A stretch of DNA of 64,000 nucleotides from Candidatus Geocrenenecus sp. JGI 0000106-J15 (GCA_000405685.1 ASPF01000013.1:11055-75054), one strand, 5' to 3'. Positions 47,835 to 57,703 are shown, counted from the first letter of the stretch. Numbers and translations: made by a program. Notes: generated by a model from the letters alone, not told the origin.

Positions 47835-49086
47835 CTAGAAATCTTGGAATTGCATTCTAGATATCCATAAATGGTTGTTAGAGTCATCCTCGATGTCCGT
47901 TGAAAACCAATACTTCCTCAATAGTTCTCTAGCATGTTTACATGTTTTTCTCTCCCTGTTCATCATTCTAGTCCCCACATACCTATCAATATTTTTAGGC
48001 AAGCTGGTTACTGAAAGCAATCTATTGTTCATCACAATGACCAAGCAAGAAAAACCACAATGAGCCTCACATCCAATACCAGCTCTAATAGGTATAAAAT
48101 TACTAATCTTGATAAGACCTCGTGTTTGCTCCTCTATGGTATGCAACATATCAGGCATGGTAACCCTATTCTCTACTAGATTTTCAGGATATCTTCCAAA
48201 ATAGCTTATAGGCTGAAACATCACTCCCTTTACGGCTCTTGAATACCTCGATGCAGGGGAAATTATTTCACCAGCTTGGTCCATATTCACTTTATCGACT
48301 ATGGTTGGAACAAGTATTACTCATATACCGATCTTTACACAGTTTTCCAAAACCTTAAGTTTAATTTTGAAAAGATCAGCTCCCCTAAACTTGTAGTGAA
48401 CACTTTCGGAGACACAGTCAAACTGTAAATAAATTAAGTCTAGCCCAGAATCTTTTAGATACTCTAAATATTTAATATCTTTAGCTATTCTTACTCCATT
48501 TGTATCTAAAACAATATTGAAACCTCTTTTTTCTTGCCAAGATAAACTATATCTGGAAGGTCATCTCTGATAGTCGGCTCCCCTCCACTTAACTTTAAGG
48601 CTGGAAGAGACATGCTATTTCTACAATAGCCTATTAGAGCGTTTATGTCAAGATCTGTGCTTTGAGGATTATCGCCTATCTCATACTTTAGAATATGTTT
48701 GTACATTTCATCCAGGATTTCAATATCTGGCTCATATGTGTAACTTTTCATATTTGCGTTTGCGAAACATACAGGACAGTTAAGGTTGCACTTGTTCGTG
48801 GCTTCCATGACTATGAAACATGGTTTTCTCAAGTGCTCGGGGCATAGTCCACAGTCAAAAGGACAACCTTTTTCACTCGTCATCTTAAAATAATATTCAT
48901 CAAACTGTTCAGGTTCCCAATCATTAAATCTCTCCCAGATAGCCCATAGCTCCGGCTTCCCCCTCCAAATGATTACCTTGATCTTCCATGCTGTGGGCAA
49001 GTCTTCTCTAGATAAACGTTCATTCCAATTCTGACTATTTTAGCAACTATTTTCTGAAAACAAATATTACATAGACTATACGTCAT
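47835..49086 (-). pseudogene. Radical SAM protein with an N-terminal Zn-ribbon/rubredoxin-like module (MJ0619/Tes-like architecture, tentative), disrupted by two frameshifts and one in-frame TGA
   Basis: The ATG at 49086 gives MTYSLCNICFQ..CPQHG, then GCPFDCGLCPEH, then the radical SAM motif CNLNCPVCFA and SGGEPT, then ..NIVLDTNG.. and ..FQPISYFGR... Lesions lie at about 48985, at the T6 run 48527-48532, and at the TGA 48321-48323. Confidence 0.7.
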
Positions 49087-49245
49087 TAGCAGCGTATAAC
49101 CATCAGACATGGAATTCTTTAGCTAATACTAATGAAGCCGCATATAAGGGTTCTTGAAGACGTTAGTTGAAACACTCAGGAAACTTTTTCTTACAATTTC
49201 ACACTCAACTTTAATAAGGAATAAATAGAAGCCAACAATATTCAG

Positions 49246-49356
49246 ATGATGTGGTGGCAGTTTTTGACGAAGCTTTCAGAGGGTTATGGTAAGCTTTCGA
49301 ATTATATTGATGGTGAATATGTTGAGGCTGATAGTGATAGATATTTGCAGTCTTAA
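49246..49356 (+). pseudogene. Isolated N-terminal fragment (36 aa) of an aldehyde dehydrogenase
   Basis: MMWWQFLTKLSEGYGKLSNYIDGEYVEADSDRYLQS-stop. The K(L)xNYIDGE(W/Y)VE segment is the usual ALDH N-terminal strand, and nothing follows it. Confidence 0.4.
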
Positions 49357-49409
49357 TTTAATCAACGTGAATGTCAAAGTCTTAATCTTTGATTATCGAT
49401 TCCTCTCTT

Positions 49410-49815
49410 CTACTTCCTAAACAATCCTTCTGGTTTAATTAACAAAACGATAATCATTAAGAGATAAGCTACTCCCTCTGCGATAGAAGGATTGTAAATT
49501 GCCGTATAACTAATAGGTAATCCTACTGATATAGAAAGAAGAACACCAAGTGCTACTGCTAGGACAATATTGTCAGTAAAGTAGTTCATGCAAAAGCTGT
49601 ACCACAGAACCTAGACCGAGCAATAATGCATGACCAAAAGATAACAATCCTCCATAGCCATACATTATAATTACTGCTAATGCAGCTATTCCGTATACTA
49701 GTGTATGGACAGTGAATATTAATGCAACAAAGTTTGGAAGAACAACAAAGACTATTAAAAGTACAAGAGGGTCTAGGTTTCTAGTTAAGAGAACGCTTAA
49801 ATTTTTAAATTTATC
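49410..49815 (-). pseudogene. Remnant of a branched-chain amino acid ABC permease (LivH/LivM family): N- and C-terminal pieces with the middle deleted
   Basis: One piece is ..VYGIAALAVIIMYGYGGLLSFGHALLLGLGS... After a frame change the other is MNYFTDNIVLAVALGV...AYLLMIIVLLIKPEGLFRK-stop. There is no start codon, and roughly 160 aa are missing. Confidence 0.55.
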
Positions 49816-49970
49816 TCAAATGGTATACTATACTTTCTCATCCTGTTTGTAGGTGGATGGATATTCCTACTAGGTATGGTTCATGTAAGACTGCTTGGAG
49901 TAGGCTTAAGAGATGGCAGGATGAAGGCGTCTGGGATGAGATATTCAAGAGGATAGCATCTATTAGATAG
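49809..49970 (+). mobile_element. Fragment of an IS4/IS5-type transposase N-terminal domain (DUF4096-like)
   Basis: ..ILSHPVCRWMDIPTRYGSCKTAWSRLKRWQDEGVWDEIFKRIASIR-stop matches the pattern (C)xWRDLPxxYGxWxTvyxRFxRWxxxGvWdxI. No DDE domain follows. Confidence 0.6.
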
Positions 49971-50459
49971 AGTCTCTGTAGGTAGCGTGATGCTGTCAAC
50001 TTTTACTTAAGTTTTTCTTTTTATCTCTATGTAGTTTCAGGATAAGGCTTTATATGGCTAAGAAGACCTGTTATAATTGCCTAGGTCGGGAAATAGCTAC
50101 TCCTTAACATTGAACTTATCTCTAGATTCTGTATCTTAGGTGTATATTCATAGATGTTATTGTTGCTAGGGCTTTATATGTGGATGCTAGCTTCCCATAC
50201 CTTATAATAATCCTTCTAAATTGCGATGTGTATAAACAAGCCATTGATAATACATGGAAGACTAAGCCGATAGAAGACTATGCATCAACAATAGCAATAA
50301 TAAGAAACCTACTTACAATAATAGAAACTCATACTCAAGAAGAAGAGTTACCTGGTTGCAGGATCTAATGTCCTTTCTCAAAATCTTCTCATTAAAAACT
50401 TAAATTCAACTGAAATTGGTAAGTATTGCTTAGAGGGGTAGCTTATTGTTTCTGGAATT

Positions 50460-51983
50460 GTGCTCCATTGGCTTGAGAAGAATCTTATCAAGACTTTGAG
50501 GAGTTTAGGTAGACCCTTAAGTTTTGAAGAAGCCGCAAATCTTCTAAATAGAGATGTTGGAACAGTAGCTAAAACTGCCCAATGGCTTAAAGAGAAAGAC
50601 CTCGCCGAGGTAGAAGCTAAAACAATCCATTTCATCTCACTTGGTCTAGAAGGAGAGATCTATTCTTTTGAGGGGCTTCCCGAGAAGAGGCTGATAAATC
50701 TGCTCTCAGATCTAGGTGGTTTAACAAATATAGATGAATTAAGGAGAAATTTTAATGAAAATCTTTTCCAGATAGGTTTACTATGGGCAAAGAAGAATGG
50801 ATGGATACAGATAGAGACTCGAGATTCTGAAAAACTAGTTAAGCTCATATATCATCCAGGAGAAACGAGTGAAGAGAAGATCCTTAAACAGTTGAGAGAG
50901 AAGAAATCGCTTGAGTTTGAAAGCCTTGATGAAGATTTGAAGAAAGCTTGCCTAAATTTAAAGAGTAGACAGTCTGTCATCAAGATGAATGAAGTCAAGA
51001 AATATTATGTAAGACTTACAGAGAAAGCTTTACAGATTCCAGAAGAAGAGTTAGAAATAGAAGAAGTTACTAGATTGACTCAAGACATGCTTATATCAGG
51101 TTCTTGGAGACAGTATAGATTTAGTAGGTTTAATGTTTATGCTCCATCTAAACCAGTCTACGCTGGTAAGAGACATCCCCTCCAAAGATTAATAAAAATT
51201 GTTAAAGAGATATTTGTTGAAATGGGTTTTGAAGAAATAAGAGGACCTATCGTTGAGCTTGCTTTCTGGAATTTTGATGCTTTATTCCAGCCTCAAGATC
51301 ATCCTGCAAGAGACATGCATGATACCTTCTACCTAGATCAGCCGAGGTTCGGTGATCCTCCTGAAAATCTAGTAGAAAAAATAAAAGAAGTACATGAAAC
51401 AGGAGGTTTAACAGGATCTCTTGGATGGAGATATCTATGGAAGAGAGAGGAGGCTGAAAAACTAGTTCTTAGAACTCATACAACTGCTACTACTATAAGA
51501 TATCTAGCTGAACATCCAGATCCACCTATAAAAGTATTCTCAGTAGATAGGATATATAGAAATGAGAAAGTAGACTGGAAGCATCTAGCAGAATTCCATC
51601 AAATTGAAGGGATAGTAATGGATAAAGCTGTGTCTTTTAGAGACTTAATCGGGTTAATCAAAGAATTCTATTCTCGCCTAGGTTTAAGAGATGTAAAATT
51701 TAGGCCGAGCTACTTTCCTTACACTGAGCCTTCAGCTGAAGCTATAGTATATCTTAGAGAGAAGAATACATGGCTTGAGTTAATAGGTATGGGAATATTC
51801 AGACCTGAAGTTACCCAGCCTCTAGGAGTAAAGTATCCAGTCCTAGCTTGGGGTGGAGGGCTTGAACGGCTCGCATTAGCTCTATACGATCTAGAAGATA
51901 TAAGAACATTCTACTTTAATGATCTTAGATGGATTAGAAACATCTCTAATATCTATCTTGAGAAGAAAATTGGGATACTGTAA
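50460..51983 (+). CDS. pheS: Phenylalanyl-tRNA synthetase alpha subunit
   Basis: N-terminal wHTH repeats, HPLQR, class II motifs FQPQDHPARDMHDTFY, LRTHTT and FRPSYFPYTEPS, and GGGLERL. Confidence 0.9.
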   Translation: MLHWLEKNLIKTLRSLGRPLSFEEAANLLNRDVGTVAKTAQWLKEKDLAEVEAKTIHFISLGLEGEIYSFEGLPEKRLINLLSDLGGLTNIDELRRNFNENLFQIGLLWAKKNGWIQIETRDSEKLVKLIYHPGETSEEKILKQLREKKSLEFESLDEDLKKACLNLKSRQSVIKMNEVKKYYVRLTEKALQIPEEELEIEEVTRLTQDMLISGSWRQYRFSRFNVYAPSKPVYAGKRHPLQRLIKIVKEIFVEMGFEEIRGPIVELAFWNFDALFQPQDHPARDMHDTFYLDQPRFGDPPENLVEKIKEVHETGGLTGSLGWRYLWKREEAEKLVLRTHTTATTIRYLAEHPDPPIKVFSVDRIYRNEKVDWKHLAEFHQIEGIVMDKAVSFRDLIGLIKEFYSRLGLRDVKFRPSYFPYTEPSAEAIVYLREKNTWLELIGMGIFRPEVTQPLGVKYPVLAWGGGLERLALALYDLEDIRTFYFNDLRWIRNISNIYLEKKIGIL

Positions 51984-52012
51984 AAAGAAGACATCTTATA
52001 TGCTTGCTGCCT

Positions 52013-52600
52013 CTACTCCATCGATACATAAGGTAGAGGACTCTTTAAACTCGTAACCCATTCTATGAATTTCATAGCTGCTCTACCTCTATGTGAAATC
52101 TTATTCTTTTCATGTATCTCCATCTCTGCAAATGTTCTTCCATCTCCTTCTTCTGGTATGAAGATAGGATCAAATCCAAAACCACCTAAACCTTTAGGTT
52201 CATAAGATATTATACCATTCACTTCTCCAGAGAATAGTTTAATCCCAGTATAGGGTGAATAAAATGCAATTACCGACTGAAAGACTGCCGACCTATCTGT
52301 CACGTCGCTCATCAATCTCAAGATACCTATTACTCCTACCGTACTGTATACGTAGGAAGAGTATGGTCCAGGGAACCCTTTAAGAGATCTAATGAAGAGA
52401 CCAGCATCTTCAACCATGACAGGTTCTCTTAGAATATTGTATGCATAGATTACACTTTCCTTAGCTATCTCTTTAAGATCTGTAGATTGTATCTCCTTTG
52501 TCTTTAAAAGTTCTATCCTATATTTTAGATTATATTGTTTAAAGATGTCTATGAATTCTTCTATCTTACTTTTATTTGTTGTAACTAACGTAAACCTCAT
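52013..52600 (-). CDS. Non-canonical purine NTP pyrophosphatase (Ham1/RdgB/ITPase)
   Basis: TTNKSKIEE, VEDAGLF, GFPGPYS, GFGFDPIF and SHRG motifs. Confidence 0.85.
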   Translation of the reverse strand: MRFTLVTTNKSKIEEFIDIFKQYNLKYRIELLKTKEIQSTDLKEIAKESVIYAYNILREPVMVEDAGLFIRSLKGFPGPYSSYVYSTVGVIGILRLMSDVTDRSAVFQSVIAFYSPYTGIKLFSGEVNGIISYEPKGLGGFGFDPIFIPEEGDGRTFAEMEIHEKNKISHRGRAAMKFIEWVTSLKSPLPYVSME

Positions 52601-53241
52601 TCCTTCCTCTCCTCTACATATCTACCTCTCTTCCTTATCTCTCTTATCTTATAGATTAGACCTCTAGTAAAGTCTCTTCCCATAATATTAACATACCCTT
52701 GGAGAAAACTATTCATGAAAACCTCCTTTATACTGAAATGCCCACTCTCCAAGCTTCTATCTAATAGATGAATATCTACTGCGAGATCTTCTAATTCATT
52801 TGTAAATATACTTAATCCAAAATCTACAAAGTATAGTTTACCAGAATCATCTATCAAGATGTTGGATGTTGTTAGGTCGCCATGTGCAATTCCCAGCTTA
52901 TGCATTCTCCCAACTAACCTACCTAGGGAATATGAAACATTGATTATCTCTTCTTCTCCTTTTCCATCAAGCCATCTTCGAAGCTCTACTCCGTCAATAT
53001 ACTGCATGTAGATTGTTGTCTCCTTTCTATCAAATAATAATACTGCGGGACATGGAATCCCAGCTCTCTTCAAATTTAAAATCACTCTAACTTCATGAAT
53101 CATCCTAGATTCTCTAACTTTCTTATCAAGCTCAGAAATTCTATATGGTTTAGGAACTCTATGCTTTGATACAACGTCGAACCCCATCAAAGTACATCTT
53201 GAAATTACAGCTTCAGCACCAACCCTAATAATGTTGCTCAT
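52597..53241 (-). CDS. bud32: Bud32/PRPK-type atypical kinase (KEOPS subunit)
   Basis: GAEAVI, the catalytic loop IAHGDLTTSNIL, and FVDFGLS; ~214 aa. It overlaps the ITPase gene by 4 nt. Confidence 0.8.
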   Translation of the reverse strand: MSNIIRVGAEAVISRCTLMGFDVVSKHRVPKPYRISELDKKVRESRMIHEVRVILNLKRAGIPCPAVLLFDRKETTIYMQYIDGVELRRWLDGKGEEEIINVSYSLGRLVGRMHKLGIAHGDLTTSNILIDDSGKLYFVDFGLSIFTNELEDLAVDIHLLDRSLESGHFSIKEVFMNSFLQGYVNIMGRDFTRGLIYKIREIRKRGRYVEERKE

Positions 53242-53664
53242 TTTCTACAATGCGATTTGCTAAAAAGTAGGTAAAAAACATGTATGAAATTCAGCTCATC
53301 CATGTAATATATATCGGGATAAATACAACGGTTAAGAATTTCAAGATCTAAAGCATATTCTTATCTAATTATGATCTAAAAGCATCATACACATTTAAGG
53401 GGATAGGTATGCGGGAAGAACTTAAAGGATGCATCAAGATAAGGTATCCCAGAAGACATGTTAAGACTTCTAAACGCATTGTTTAAAAATAAATCCATCT
53501 CGGATAATAGACTTCTCCATAGTCTTTGAATATAGTATATCCACCAATTTAGCTCTAAGCATTCACTCAATACATTACTATATCATCTTCATTCTTTTAT
53601 TGAATTAATAAATTATCTTACCATGTTGTTTTTAACCTGCCTATAATATGATAAAATCTTGATG

Positions 53665-53737
53665 AGCCCGGGGAGGGATTTGAACCCCCGTAGAGCGGGT
53701 CTGCAGCCCGCCGCCTAAACCACTCGGCCACCCGGGC
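53665..53737 (-). tRNA. tRNA-Cys(GCA)
   Basis: The reverse complement is GCCCGGG/TG/GCCG-AGTGGTTT-AGGC/G/GCGGG-CTGCAGA-CCCGC/TCTAC/GGGGG-TTCAAAT-CCCTC/CCCGGGC/T. The U73 discriminator is as expected for Cys. Confidence 0.9.
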
Positions 53738-53892
53738 GTAGATCTATCCTTCCCTAAGTCTTAGAATAGTCATGGCAGTTTAAAAATCTTAATGTTAAAT
53801 CAGTATCGAGGGAGTTATTCATGCCGTCATATTACTTGAAGATTATTAAAGAGTAAGCTGCTTATTAGATTGTCGGCTATGGTGAGGGCAGA

Positions 53893-54666
53893 ATGAGTTA
53901 TAGGAGAAGGAGAAGCATTATCAATCTATTGAAATCTAGGAGAAGTATTAGGATATTTAAGCCTGTTCCCTTGCCTAGCGAGATCGTAAAACTACTTGTA
54001 GAAGCTGGTTTAAGAGCTCCAACATTTTTCCAGATGTATTCATTTATCTGGGTTAAGAGCTCGGAGAAAAGAGAGAAGCTAGCTGAGTTATGTAGTGGTG
54101 AAATCGTAAGGAATGCATCGATAATCTTATTAGCATGTGGAGATTTAAGAAGATTATCTAAAATGCTAGAAATGCTAGAGCATAGACATGTTTTATCTTC
54201 AGATAAACATCCAGTCGAGACTATAATGAGCATATTTGATACTGCATTAGCTGTAGAAAACATTATTATTGCGGCAGAATCTCTAGGTCTAGGTTCAGTT
54301 ATACTTGATTGCCCTCTACTCTATGCTCCAATTATTGCACAATTATTCCAGCTTCCGAAAGGTGTTGTCCCGTTTGCATTAATATGCATTGGTGTTAAAG
54401 GAGAATCACCCCCACTAAGACCTAGACTCTCTTTAAACATTATCTTACATGAAGATACATATAGAGATCCTACTACTGAAGAGTTAAAAGACTTCATATC
54501 GAATCTCGATAAGCATATGGAATATGAGAACTATGTTAAGAAATACACTGGAAAAGATGGAAAATATATTGAATACATTAAAGCAAAGACAGAGTTGACA
54601 AAGGAAACAGAGAAGGAAAATGAAGTCTTAATCAAGTATCTCAGAGAGAACTTGTTTAGAATCTAG
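53893..54666 (+). CDS. Nitroreductase family protein with a C-terminal extension
   Basis: RRSIRIFKPVPLP..VKLLVEAGLRAPT and LGLGSV. Confidence 0.7.
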   Translation: MSYRRRRSIINLLKSRRSIRIFKPVPLPSEIVKLLVEAGLRAPTFFQMYSFIWVKSSEKREKLAELCSGEIVRNASIILLACGDLRRLSKMLEMLEHRHVLSSDKHPVETIMSIFDTALAVENIIIAAESLGLGSVILDCPLLYAPIIAQLFQLPKGVVPFALICIGVKGESPPLRPRLSLNIILHEDTYRDPTTEELKDFISNLDKHMEYENYVKKYTGKDGKYIEYIKAKTELTKETEKENEVLIKYLRENLFRI

Positions 54667-54708
54667 CCAGTAAACTTATTTAAAGAAGACATATCAAATA
54701 TCACTAGT

Positions 54709-55779
54709 ATGGGTGGAGAGGAAAGAAATATACTAGACATCCTAGAAGATTATGGGAGAAGAATTACAGAAGAGATAGAGAAGCTTATCCCCAAGAAGGT
54801 TGATGAAGAATCTCTATCTAAATTAATCGGTAAACCATTATTCAAGTATGAGCCAGAATCAATAAATAAATCAATACTAGAGCCTTTCTGGGATTTAATA
54901 AGTAGAGGTGGAAAAAGATGGAGACCTGCATTAATGATTATTGTTTATGAAGCCTTAGATGGAAAGATCGAGGACATCTTGCCACTAACTGTTATACCAG
55001 AAGTTATACACAATGGGACACTAGTAGTAGATGATGTAGAAGATGAAAGTGATTATAGAAGAGGGAAACCATGTATACATAAGACTTACGGTGTGGATAT
55101 AGCGATAAACATGGGTAATACAATGTATTTTCTCCCATTGTTAACACTGTCTAAGATTAATCTATCAGATGATAAGAAGCTGAGGATACTTCAAGAATAT
55201 GTTAAAACAATGATAGAGTTAAGCATCGGCCAGGCGATGGACATTGCATGGCATAGAGGAATGATCGACGATATTACAGAAGAACAGTATATGCAGATGA
55301 CCCTATTTAAGACTGGAGCATTAGCGAGGCTCTCAGTAAAAATAGCTTGCATAATAGCTGATACACCTAGAGAGATTGAAGAGAAGATAACAAGGTTCTC
55401 TGAAACTCTTGCAGTTGCTTTCCAGATTCAAGATGATATATTGAATATTATCGGTGAAGAATCGAAATATGGAAAAGAGATTGGAGGAGATATAAAAGAG
55501 GGGAAGAGGACACTTTTAGTAGTTAAAGCTCTAAGAATCTTACCTACACATAAAGCTGAACGTTTAAGAGAAATACTAAAGCTAAGAACGAACCATGAAG
55601 ATTTGATCAGAGAAGCAATCAATCTCCTAAAAGAATCTGGGTCAATAGACTATGCTAGAAAAATATGCGTTGAACTTGTATCTAAGGCATGGAATGAACT
55701 AGACAAGGTCTTGCCAAATTCTCAAGCTAAAGAGAAACTAAAAGCTTTAGCAAATTTCTTGATTTTCAGAGAATTTTGA
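54709..55779 (+). CDS. Polyprenyl (geranylgeranyl) diphosphate synthase
   Basis: First Asp-rich motif LVVDDVEDESDYRRGKP, second motif FQIQDDILN, and GKRTL. Confidence 0.85.
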   Translation: MGGEERNILDILEDYGRRITEEIEKLIPKKVDEESLSKLIGKPLFKYEPESINKSILEPFWDLISRGGKRWRPALMIIVYEALDGKIEDILPLTVIPEVIHNGTLVVDDVEDESDYRRGKPCIHKTYGVDIAINMGNTMYFLPLLTLSKINLSDDKKLRILQEYVKTMIELSIGQAMDIAWHRGMIDDITEEQYMQMTLFKTGALARLSVKIACIIADTPREIEEKITRFSETLAVAFQIQDDILNIIGEESKYGKEIGGDIKEGKRTLLVVKALRILPTHKAERLREILKLRTNHEDLIREAINLLKESGSIDYARKICVELVSKAWNELDKVLPNSQAKEKLKALANFLIFREF

Positions 55780-56088
55780 GATCTATGAAGGCTGAGAGAT
55801 TGTTATACTACATCTGCGATCTAATTCTTATCCCGACATTATAATATGGTTTAGCATGATTTTCTAAATTTATTTAAAAATATTAGGCTCGATTGGCAAA
55901 GTGTTTTGGCAGATATTGGTTGTACGTACCACGGTAGATTAATACTAAGTTACAACCATCATGGCGGTAGCTTAAGCAACATGAATAAGCAATGACGTAC
56001 ATGAAGTATTACTTATATAGACTATGCATATAGTATCAGGAATTAACAGTAACCATAAGACTCTCAAGAATTATTCAACGCTAGCCTC

Positions 56089-56690
56089 TTATAGATATAA
56101 TCTTCTCTCAAGATCTACCAATCTTCTAAACGCTTTGAGTTTCTCTTCTCTATCTATATTTGTTGAATCAAGTATAGATTTTAGAAAACTTATTGATTCA
56201 TCCATCTTTTTTCTCGATACTGGGTATGGTACACCATCTTTTCCACCATGAGCGAAAGTAAATTTTAGGGGGTCCCTCCAATCTATCTGGACTCCATATA
56301 CTAGTGTAGAGATTAGAGCTAAAGCTCTAAGGGTTGACGCTCCTACTCCTTCTATCTGGATTAGTTCTTCATATTTGCCTGGTTTTATATCGTATGCCTT
56401 CTTAACTGCTTTCCAGTTTATCTTTCTAGGCATATTAAGATGTGGAGGTGTTTGTACTTCAAAATCAATATCCATCCATCTTGTTAATGTTTCCTGTCTA
56501 TTTAGGGAGAGATTTATAAGTCTAACTAGTTTAGAAGGATTCTCTGAGATTAAGTCTACTGAGGTCTTTCTAACATCTCTACTCTTACTAGATGTTAAGT
56601 TAAGGACTGCTTCTTCTTTCTTATCTCCAGCTATTCCACTATGGGGTTCTTCTACGAAGCTTACTATATTTTCACTTATCCAATGATAAG
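56089..56690 (-). pseudogene. DUF763 family gene lacking its N-terminal ~150-200 codons
   Basis: The C-terminal part (..EEPHSGIAGD..; IQIEGVGASTLRALALIS; FAHGGKDGVPYPV) is in one open frame. That frame runs into AT-rich low-complexity DNA near 56700 with no start codon. The first ATG is at 56475. Confidence 0.5.
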
Positions 56691-56700
56691 TGAGAATTGA

Positions 56701-56760
56701 GAATATTATTAAGAATATTATTATTTTACTAATTTATTTACTAATAATAATATTTCCATA
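56701..56760. repeat. AT-rich low-complexity tract with short direct repeats, at the DUF763 truncation point
   Basis: The tract reads gAATATTATTaagAATATTATTattttACTAATttatttACTAATaataatatt. Confidence 0.4.
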
Positions 56761-56844
56761 GCTTAATCTTCCATATAATACTTCATTGACAGCCCTACCT
56801 AGCAGATATGCTACTCTTTCTACTGTCGCCTCACCACCCTCTCT

Positions 56845-57048
56845 TTATAGAACTTCTCTTAAAGCCCTCTCCTTATAATCTCCCATCCTAAACCATCTTG
56901 AACCTCTATGCAATCCATTATTCATGGAGTCTTCTCTTAAGGCTAAGTATGTCATGTGCTTATCACAGTAATATCCTAAAACCCTGCCATCCTTAACACG
57001 TATCCATCTACACTCACCAGAACATCCATCGAAACAACACCTATCCAT
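56845..57048 (-). CDS. Small Cys/His-rich (putative Zn-binding) protein, 67 aa
   Basis: MDRCCFDGCSGECRW...YYCDKH. The family is not recognised, and the gene is part of a compact minus-strand small-ORF set. Confidence 0.35.
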   Translation of the reverse strand: MDRCCFDGCSGECRWIRVKDGRVLGYYCDKHMTYLALREDSMNNGLHRGSRWFRMGDYKERALREVL

Positions 57049-57300
57049 AAACCATCACTAAGCAGGATATAGGAGATAGTGTTAAAAAGTCTAGCCTAGA
57101 AAACTTAGAAACCCTAACAAGCCAAACCATAAACATATACCAACACATAATAAGATAAACATCTATATATATTCTGAGGAGTTCTATATCAGATACATTT
57201 CCAGAACCCCTACATCTAAACAAACAACATACATACCCCTATAAAGAGGATAGAAACAATAAACTTGATAAGCCTATAAATTATATGTTATACCTCATAT

Positions 57301-57600
57301 TCAATCTATACTCTGCTTATTTCCTCCATATTCATTTATAGCTTCTAAGATAACATCTTCATCTACACCCTGCATATACCAATTCATCTTCTCAAACCAC
57401 TCAGTACTTGAAAAACTACCAAAAACATATACATATAAACCATTATACTCTATCCCCTTCTCTTTAACACTTCCTATAATATGAGCATATAGATCATCAT
57501 CGAAAGCCTCACCAACAACAGCTACATCATACCCTATAGACCTAGAATAATCAAACATCCCATAGAGGAATACAATATTATCTCTCAACCCCTCATACAT
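57301..57600 (-). CDS. Hypothetical 99-aa acidic protein
   Basis: ORF only. Its ATG overlaps the stop of the upstream 36-aa ORF (ATGTATGA). Confidence 0.35.
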   Translation of the reverse strand: MYEGLRDNIVFLYGMFDYSRSIGYDVAVVGEAFDDDLYAHIIGSVKEKGIEYNGLYVYVFGSFSSTEWFEKMNWYMQGVDEDVILEAINEYGGNKQSID

Positions 57601-57703
57601 CTATAATATATACATGGTCTATATCTGCTAGAACCTTCAACCTCCCATCCTTAAAGTATAGGTAGATTGACCCTAGAGGTAGGATAAACTTCCTAGGTAG
57701 CAT
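57593..57703 (-). CDS. Possible 36-aa ORF, translationally coupled to 57301-57600
   Basis: MLPRKFILPLGSIYLYFKDGRLKVLADIDHVYIIDV. Its TGA at 57593-57595 overlaps the next ATG. Confidence 0.2.
   Translation of the reverse strand: MLPRKFILPLGSIYLYFKDGRLKVLADIDHVYIIDV

Noticed and set aside
48321-48323. The in-frame TGA in the radical SAM gene as a selenocysteine codon
   Set aside because: The position is a hydrophobic beta-strand residue rather than a redox Cys site. The gene also carries frame breaks and sits in a region of gene decay. Archaeal Sec use is restricted to a few lineages, and I saw no SECIS-like hairpin in the 3' flank by eye.
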